Source of the DNA: Nitrospinales bacterium
GTDB lineage: Bacteria > Nitrospinota > Nitrospinia > Nitrospinales > VA-1
Reading direction: 5' to 3'
DNA: 64,000 nucleotides
Assembly: GCA_965223795.1 (NCBI GenBank)
Contig: CBDCXL010000002.1
Span: 3,136,001-3,200,000 of the forward strand
Shown here: piece after piece, positions 58,783 through 64,000 of the stretch
Layout of the letters: every line of letters starts with the position of its first letter
How positions within the stretch are numbered: the stretch's first letter is position 1
Made by a program: the position numbers and the translations under genes
The notes under the pieces: generated by a model
Database searches by the model: none
Seen by the model: the letters and a program-made list of their open reading frames with translations, nothing else
Told to the model about the DNA's origin: nothing

Positions 58783-59442
58783 TTGAAAATATCGTTGATT
58801 CTGGGGCTGGCTCTGACCGGGATGATCTTTTCTGATTTTTCGGAGTCGCATTCGAAATTTATTCCAGATTATGATACCGCGCGCCCCATTTTCTGGTCCA
58901 AGCTTTATCCAAATGGAGGCGAAACGCTCTATTGCGGTCAAAAGTTCGGCAAGCGGCGCGGCCGCAAGTACAATGTGGAGCATGTGTTTCCCATGTCCTG
59001 GGTGATCCGGGAACTGAAATGCGGGACCCGGACGGAATGCCGTGAAAAGAGCAAAATATTCAATCGGATCGAAGCGGATCTGCACAACCTGTATCCTGTG
59101 GTCAAATCGATCAATGATGCCCGCGGAAGTTTCCGTTATGGCGTGATCCCGGGGGAGAAGCGTAAATTCGGCAAACGTTGTGATTTTGAAGTGAATTTCA
59201 AAATCCGGGTCGTGGAACCGAGAGAAGCGGCACGCGGGGAGATTGCCCGCGCCATGTTTTATATGAAAGATACCTACGGCATGGTGATTTTTCGTAAGCA
59301 GGGGGAGCTGTTGTTAAAATGGCATGTGGAAGATCCGCCGTCTCAATTTGAAAAGCAAAGAAACGAAATGATCGAGAAGATCCAGGGAAATCGAAATAAA
59401 TTCATCGATAGGCCTGAATTGGCGCACCAATTGAAATTTTAG
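58783..59442 (+). CDS. Endonuclease I family secreted DNase
   Basis: Signal-like N-terminus, LYCG, NVEHVFP, EADLHNLYP, RGEIARAMFYM, QGNRN. Confidence 0.88.
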   Translation: MKISLILGLALTGMIFSDFSESHSKFIPDYDTARPIFWSKLYPNGGETLYCGQKFGKRRGRKYNVEHVFPMSWVIRELKCGTRTECREKSKIFNRIEADLHNLYPVVKSINDARGSFRYGVIPGEKRKFGKRCDFEVNFKIRVVEPREAARGEIARAMFYMKDTYGMVIFRKQGELLLKWHVEDPPSQFEKQRNEMIEKIQGNRNKFIDRPELAHQLKF

Positions 59443-59455
59443 GCTGATGAGTAAT

Positions 59456-60403
59456 TTAAAGCGAAAAATCGACAATGAGTGGAAAGTGATCAGAGCCGAT
59501 GTCATTCCCGGTTTTCAGGTCTGAAATCATGACTCCTTTGGAAGTCAGGCAATGATCGATCGGAATCCAAAATATCGGTGAATTCGCGGGCCATGAAGGG
59601 ATAATGCCCCTGCCTTTCCGGGCGTCTATGAGGCCGGTGGATTTGATGAATCTTTTAAAGTGGTGAGACCACGCAGTCGTATTCAAATCCCCTAACAGCA
59701 TAATATTTTCCGATTTGGGAAACGAATTAATCAGGGAGGCGAGTTGCGCCAATTGTCCATTCCGGTATCGAAAAAATTTATCATTTCTTGGCGGGTCAAG
59801 ATGGACTCCTATCAGGGTGAGGTCGCCTGGCATGTTTTTTAGTTTGGCGACAACAAAGGGAATTTGATTGTCTTTAAATAACAGGACATCGGCTTTCTCA
59901 AATTTTATGCGACTGAAAAACCCCATTCCCGAACCGTCATCTCTTTCTGAAAGCTGCATGTATACATATTTCTTCAATGTCTGCTGTAGTTCAATGCGAT
60001 GGCGTCTGTTGAATTCTTCGATGACGATAAAATCCGGTTCAGTTTGTTTGAGAAAAGCTCGGATCTCTTCACTATTTTGATTGTAGGAATAAAGATTCAT
60101 CGTCACAGCGCGAAATGAAGATGGCGCGGCTGTGACTTCGTTGACTTTTAGTTGGGGTAGATAAGCCGGGATGAATTCCGCGGCATTGACAGAGGCAAGC
60201 AATGCTGAAAATATTGCAGCACGATATGACTTGAGGAATATCAAGCCAATGGAAAGTAAAAACAGGATCGAGAAGTACTGAACTCTAAAATGGCTTAAAT
60301 TATCAAGAAGCCAGTGGTGTTGTCCTGCGAAACCCGCGAAGGAAATGATGCCAACAAGTCCTGCAATGGCAAAAAAGAATTTAATAAAACTTGCTGACAT
60401 CAT
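59456..60403 (-). CDS. Membrane-anchored endonuclease/exonuclease/phosphatase family protein
   Basis: N-terminal TMs, GDLN, IPIDH, GSDHFP. Confidence 0.85.
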   Translation of the reverse strand: MMSASFIKFFFAIAGLVGIISFAGFAGQHHWLLDNLSHFRVQYFSILFLLSIGLIFLKSYRAAIFSALLASVNAAEFIPAYLPQLKVNEVTAAPSSFRAVTMNLYSYNQNSEEIRAFLKQTEPDFIVIEEFNRRHRIELQQTLKKYVYMQLSERDDGSGMGFFSRIKFEKADVLLFKDNQIPFVVAKLKNMPGDLTLIGVHLDPPRNDKFFRYRNGQLAQLASLINSFPKSENIMLLGDLNTTAWSHHFKRFIKSTGLIDARKGRGIIPSWPANSPIFWIPIDHCLTSKGVMISDLKTGNDIGSDHFPLIVDFSL

Positions 60404-60445
60404 GCCATTGGCAAACGAAGCCGGTTTTAATAAGACAAGACCAAT

Positions 60446-61183
60446 TCAAGAAACCATTGTTTTGGGGGCAGGCATGACTATGTGTTGGGCTCCTGGTGGT
60501 GGATACGGTTTCAGAGGGATGGCTCGAAGCGCATGCTCGATCATCATTTTATCCGCTTTTAATTGGGTCAATAAACGCCCCACTCCCTTCAAGGCGGTTT
60601 CCCTTGAAAAAATGGCAACCAGGGTCAAAGCGATCAGTTTTATATCCAGGATAAAAGTTCTTTTCTTTATATAAAACAGACCCAGCCGGCTTTTCCAGGG
60701 GCGAATCAATTGGTTGTAATCCAAATCCGGATCTTGACTGTTTTTTAATATCTCTCCTTCATCAGAAAACACAATTGAGGAAAAATCCGTGATACCCGGA
60801 CGAACGGACAACAGGTTCATTTCTTCACGGGTATATCTCTTCACTTCCACAGTCACCTGGGGACGAGGCCCAACCAGGCTCATGTCGCCTTTGAGAACAT
60901 TCCAGAGTTGAGTCAACTCATCAAGCTTGAACCTGCGAATCCAGATACCTATTTTAGTGATTCGCGGATCGTTGGATGAGGTGGATTTTACAGATGAGCG
61001 GTTCACAACCATGGAACGGATTTTCACCATTGAGAATGGTTGATTGTGCTTGCCCGCCCTGGGAGCAATGTAAAATGGAGATTTGAAATCCTGAAGCCAG
61101 ACGAGAACCAGAGCTATGATCAATACCGGTCCTGCCAGTATCAGCCCAAAAGCAGATAAAACGATGTCAAGTAAACGTTTCAT
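60446..61183 (-). CDS. Monotopic phosphoglycosyl transferase
   Basis: KRLLD, DPRIT, KLDELTQL, VGPRP, RPGITD. Confidence 0.9.
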   Translation of the reverse strand: MKRLLDIVLSAFGLILAGPVLIIALVLVWLQDFKSPFYIAPRAGKHNQPFSMVKIRSMVVNRSSVKSTSSNDPRITKIGIWIRRFKLDELTQLWNVLKGDMSLVGPRPQVTVEVKRYTREEMNLLSVRPGITDFSSIVFSDEGEILKNSQDPDLDYNQLIRPWKSRLGLFYIKKRTFILDIKLIALTLVAIFSRETALKGVGRLLTQLKADKMMIEHALRAIPLKPYPPPGAQHIVMPAPKTMVS

Positions 61184-61187
61184 AGGA

Positions 61188-62132
61188 TCAATGCTTCAAT
61201 ACGGGTTTTCTGATATTGACCAAAGCGAGCGCAGTGGAGATAATCGCCTCTTCATCAATACCGTATACTTTTCTAAGATAGCTTTGGCTACCCACGATAG
61301 AGGAAAAGCCGTCCTTTAGACCTATACGGTAAAAACTTTTTGGGATCATTCCAAGGTCAAGGCATTTTTCGGCTACCAAGCTTCCTAGTCCACCTTCGAT
61401 GGTGTTTTCTTCAATGGTGATGATTCCACCTGTTTCGGTGGATGCTTCTATCAGAGCTTTAATGTCAAACGGCTTTAGTGTGTGCATGCTCAGTACACGG
61501 CAATGAATTCCATATTCTGCCAGATTGTCCGCGGCCCGTAACACCACTCCTAAAATTCCACCTGTGGAGATCAGAGTCAAATCATTGCCTTCCCGCAAAC
61601 GGCGTGCAATGCCGATTTGAAAGGTCTCATTGGGCCGATGCGTGTTTTCCGCATAAGATTTGTCCAATCGCAAATACCCTGGAGTGCTTGAATTCGACAT
61701 GGCTTTGGTAATCTGGCTGGCTTCCCAAAGGTCACCAGGCGCAAACACAGATATTTCCGGAAGTGTGCGCATAATACTTATATCCTCGGTGGCGTGATGG
61801 GAAAACCCCAATGGACCGTAGCTGAATCCTCCGCCGATTGAGACAATATTGACGTTCGCTTGATGATAACAAGGTCCGTTCCTGATTTGTTCCAGGCACC
61901 TCAGTATCGGAAAATTAGCAATGGAATAGGTAAATACGACTCTTCCTTCCATTGCTAAACCGGTAGCAATACCGGTCATGTTCTGTTCTGCGACTCCAAC
62001 ATTGAGAAAGTTTTTGGGAAATCTTTTCGCATAATCGTCAAAAACGCCGAATCCCAAATCTCCAGTGACCAACATAATTTTGGAATTAAGTTCCGTCAAA
62101 TAAGACAGCATTTTTACAAATGAATTTCTCAA
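61188..62132 (-). CDS. Transketolase-like protein, C-terminal subunit
   Basis: TGDLG, NVGVAEQNM, SHHATED, YLRL, TIEEN; TTG start overlaps the upstream stop. Confidence 0.88.
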   Translation of the reverse strand: MRNSFVKMLSYLTELNSKIMLVTGDLGFGVFDDYAKRFPKNFLNVGVAEQNMTGIATGLAMEGRVVFTYSIANFPILRCLEQIRNGPCYHQANVNIVSIGGGFSYGPLGFSHHATEDISIMRTLPEISVFAPGDLWEASQITKAMSNSSTPGYLRLDKSYAENTHRPNETFQIGIARRLREGNDLTLISTGGILGVVLRAADNLAEYGIHCRVLSMHTLKPFDIKALIEASTETGGIITIEENTIEGGLGSLVAEKCLDLGMIPKSFYRIGLKDGFSSIVGSQSYLRKVYGIDEEAIISTALALVNIRKPVLKH

Positions 62133-62938
62133 AACTCTCCCTCCAATTCTTTAAGTGCTGCGGTGTATTCATCTCCTTTAGGTGTTCTGTAGTGCCATAA
62201 AACAGAATTTTCCATAAAAGAGACACCTTTACCTTTTACTGTATGAGCGATGATGCAACTGGGTTTATCGTTTTGGAAAGGAATTTTTAATAATAAAGAT
62301 CGGAGTTGATTCTGGTCGTGCCCGTCCACTTCTTCTACATGCCAACCGAAACTTTCCCACTTTAAGGCGAACGGTTCCAGTCCAAGTGTGCTGGATACTG
62401 ATGTGAGGCTTTGGAGCTTGTTGTAGTCCACAATGGCTACCAGGTTGTCCAACTTATGATGGGATGAAAACATAATCGCCTCCCATACAGAGCCTTCATC
62501 GCATTCGCCGTCACTTAACAAAACAAATGTCCTTTGCTTGGTTTCATCCAGCTTGGCGCTGAACGCCATTCCCGCTCCAATGGATAAACCTTGACCGAGG
62601 GAGCCCGTAGAAAATTCGACACCTGGCACTCCTTTGTGAGAAACATGGCCGGATAAATCAGAACCGTTCTGGCAATGAGTCAAAAGTTTTTTTAGTGGAA
62701 AAAATCCAAGTTCAGCCAAGACAGCATAGACACCTGCACCTGCATGTCCTTTGCTTAAGATAAATCGATCTCTTTCTGGCCAATCGGGATTCGTTGGCTG
62801 GACTTGCAGGATTTCACTGTATAAAACCGCAATGATATCAGCCATGGAAAAGATGGAGCCAATATGCGAAGTGCCGCCCAAGTTGGCCATTTGAAGAGTG
62901 TTTTTCCGGATTTGCCTGGCAAGCTCTTTAGAGTCCAT
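62129..62938 (-). CDS. Transketolase-like protein, N-terminal ThDP-binding subunit
   Basis: RDRFILSKGH, STGSLGQG, SDGECDEGSVWEA, KGKG. Confidence 0.9.
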   Translation of the reverse strand: MDSKELARQIRKNTLQMANLGGTSHIGSIFSMADIIAVLYSEILQVQPTNPDWPERDRFILSKGHAGAGVYAVLAELGFFPLKKLLTHCQNGSDLSGHVSHKGVPGVEFSTGSLGQGLSIGAGMAFSAKLDETKQRTFVLLSDGECDEGSVWEAIMFSSHHKLDNLVAIVDYNKLQSLTSVSSTLGLEPFALKWESFGWHVEEVDGHDQNQLRSLLLKIPFQNDKPSCIIAHTVKGKGVSFMENSVLWHYRTPKGDEYTAALKELEGEF

Positions 62939-63197
62939 AAGTCTACCTTCTGGTTCGGATAAAAACAGATGTAAAGTTCGTTAGAGGAAATGTTTGGGAT
63001 TAGATTTAACAGTTGCTTTATGGTTTATGAGAATACACTCCAGCAAATGAATGGCAATGTGGGGGGAAGTGTGCAATTGCGATAAATGCGTGTTCGCAAT
63101 ATTTTGATTCATTTGCCAGGATTGATTTGGAATTATGAGATGGTTCAACCTCCAATTATGTTTCTATAACCGTAAAAATGGATAAAACAATTATGAT

Positions 63198-64000
63198 CTA
63201 ATTCCTTGACTCATAAAACTCACGAACTTTTTGTGAAATATAAAAAGCATCGTCTACTGTGACAAATAAATTCATGGGCAAAAGCAAAAAACGAGACGTC
63301 ATATACTCGGTATTGGGCAGACTTACGTTGAATCCCAGCTTTTCATATTGATGAATCGCCTTGCCCCCCCATTGAATGATTGTTTTTATGCCCCATTTAT
63401 CCAGGTAATTGCGAAGATCGTCTCTATTGTCCGCTTCAATTTCATAGTTCTGATAAACGTCGAAGTGGTTTGGATCGGAGTCCGGAGCTGGCGGTAAAGT
63501 GACATGTTTTAACTTTTCTAATTCTTTCTGATAAATTTGTGCCACTGATCTTCTATGTTCGATAGCCTGATCAAATGATTCGAGTTTATAGTTTAAAATG
63601 GCAGCCTGGAGATTATCCAGCCTCGAATTTGTTCCCCAACTGACGATTTCGCCTGAAGAATCCCTTCCATGATCCCGCATTAAATAAATTTTTTCTGCAA
63701 TGTCATCGTCATTGGTTACAACCGCTCCTCCATCCCCAAAACAGCCTAATAATTTTGCGGGGTAAAAACTGAATGTACCTGCGACTCCGAAAGTACCTGC
63801 GGATTTACCTTTAAATTTAGATCCGAGGGCTTGTGCTGAGTCTTCAATGATGATCAGATTGTGCTCCTCCGCAATTTTTATTATTGGGTCCATATTGCAT
63901 GTTCTTCCATTCAATTGGACCGGCATGATGGCACGGGTTTTTTGAGTGATTGCCTTTTTGATAGATATTGGATCGATTAAATGATCATCTCCGCATTCAA
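63198..64000 (-). CDS. DegT-family aminotransferase, 5' end outside the window
   Basis: EDSAQ, SFYPAKLLGCFGDGG, NSRLDNLQAA. Confidence 0.88.
   Translation of the reverse strand, partial: ECGDDHLIDPISIKKAITQKTRAIMPVQLNGRTCNMDPIIKIAEEHNLIIIEDSAQALGSKFKGKSAGTFGVAGTFSFYPAKLLGCFGDGGAVVTNDDDIAEKIYLMRDHGRDSSGEIVSWGTNSRLDNLQAAILNYKLESFDQAIEHRRSVAQIYQKELEKLKHVTLPPAPDSDPNHFDVYQNYEIEADNRDDLRNYLDKWGIKTIIQWGGKAIHQYEKLGFNVSLPNTEYMTSRFLLLPMNLFVTVDDAFYISQKVREFYESRN

Overview
Bacterial chromosomal window with a GC-rich coding backbone, AT-rich intergenic regions and a lower-GC right end. The taxon cannot be fixed from sequence alone. 1-13 kb: futalosine menaquinone genes (UbiA/MqnP-like 3' end, mqnE) interrupted by a small insert (a low-GC ORF with an R-x4-H HEPN-like motif plus vapBC), a short CDF transporter, a chemotaxis cluster (cheY, cheX, cheA, cheW, convergent cheB), an ACT/GcvR protein, def and mscS. 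13-58.6 kb: a large Wzy-type exopolysaccharide locus. It contains wzc; a CDP-sugar/C-methyltransferase/DUF4910 cassette with lhgO; a bacillosamine-like set; tandem asnB; glycosyltransferases; a Wzy/WaaL-like protein; a MurJ-like flippase; ugd; a lyase lipoprotein; a WbpA/B-D/E-like set; a PGT-dehydratase fusion; an outer-membrane beta-barrel and a short OPX protein. 58.8-64 kb: two nucleases and the end of a second, low-GC sugar cluster with a split transketolase. The most striking observation is a CheA kinase carrying a complete 2/2 (truncated) haemoglobin domain where P2 normally sits, a candidate direct gas-sensing chemotaxis kinase. Other highlights: a palindrome-N28-TGGCA module repeated with identical spacing ahead of three EPS operons, a fused PGT domain lacking its catalytic Asp, a possible 2-hydroxyglutarate recycling loop (WbpB-like plus LhgO), and mosaic tandem asnB paralogues. 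All assignments come from motif recognition by eye; no database searches were run.
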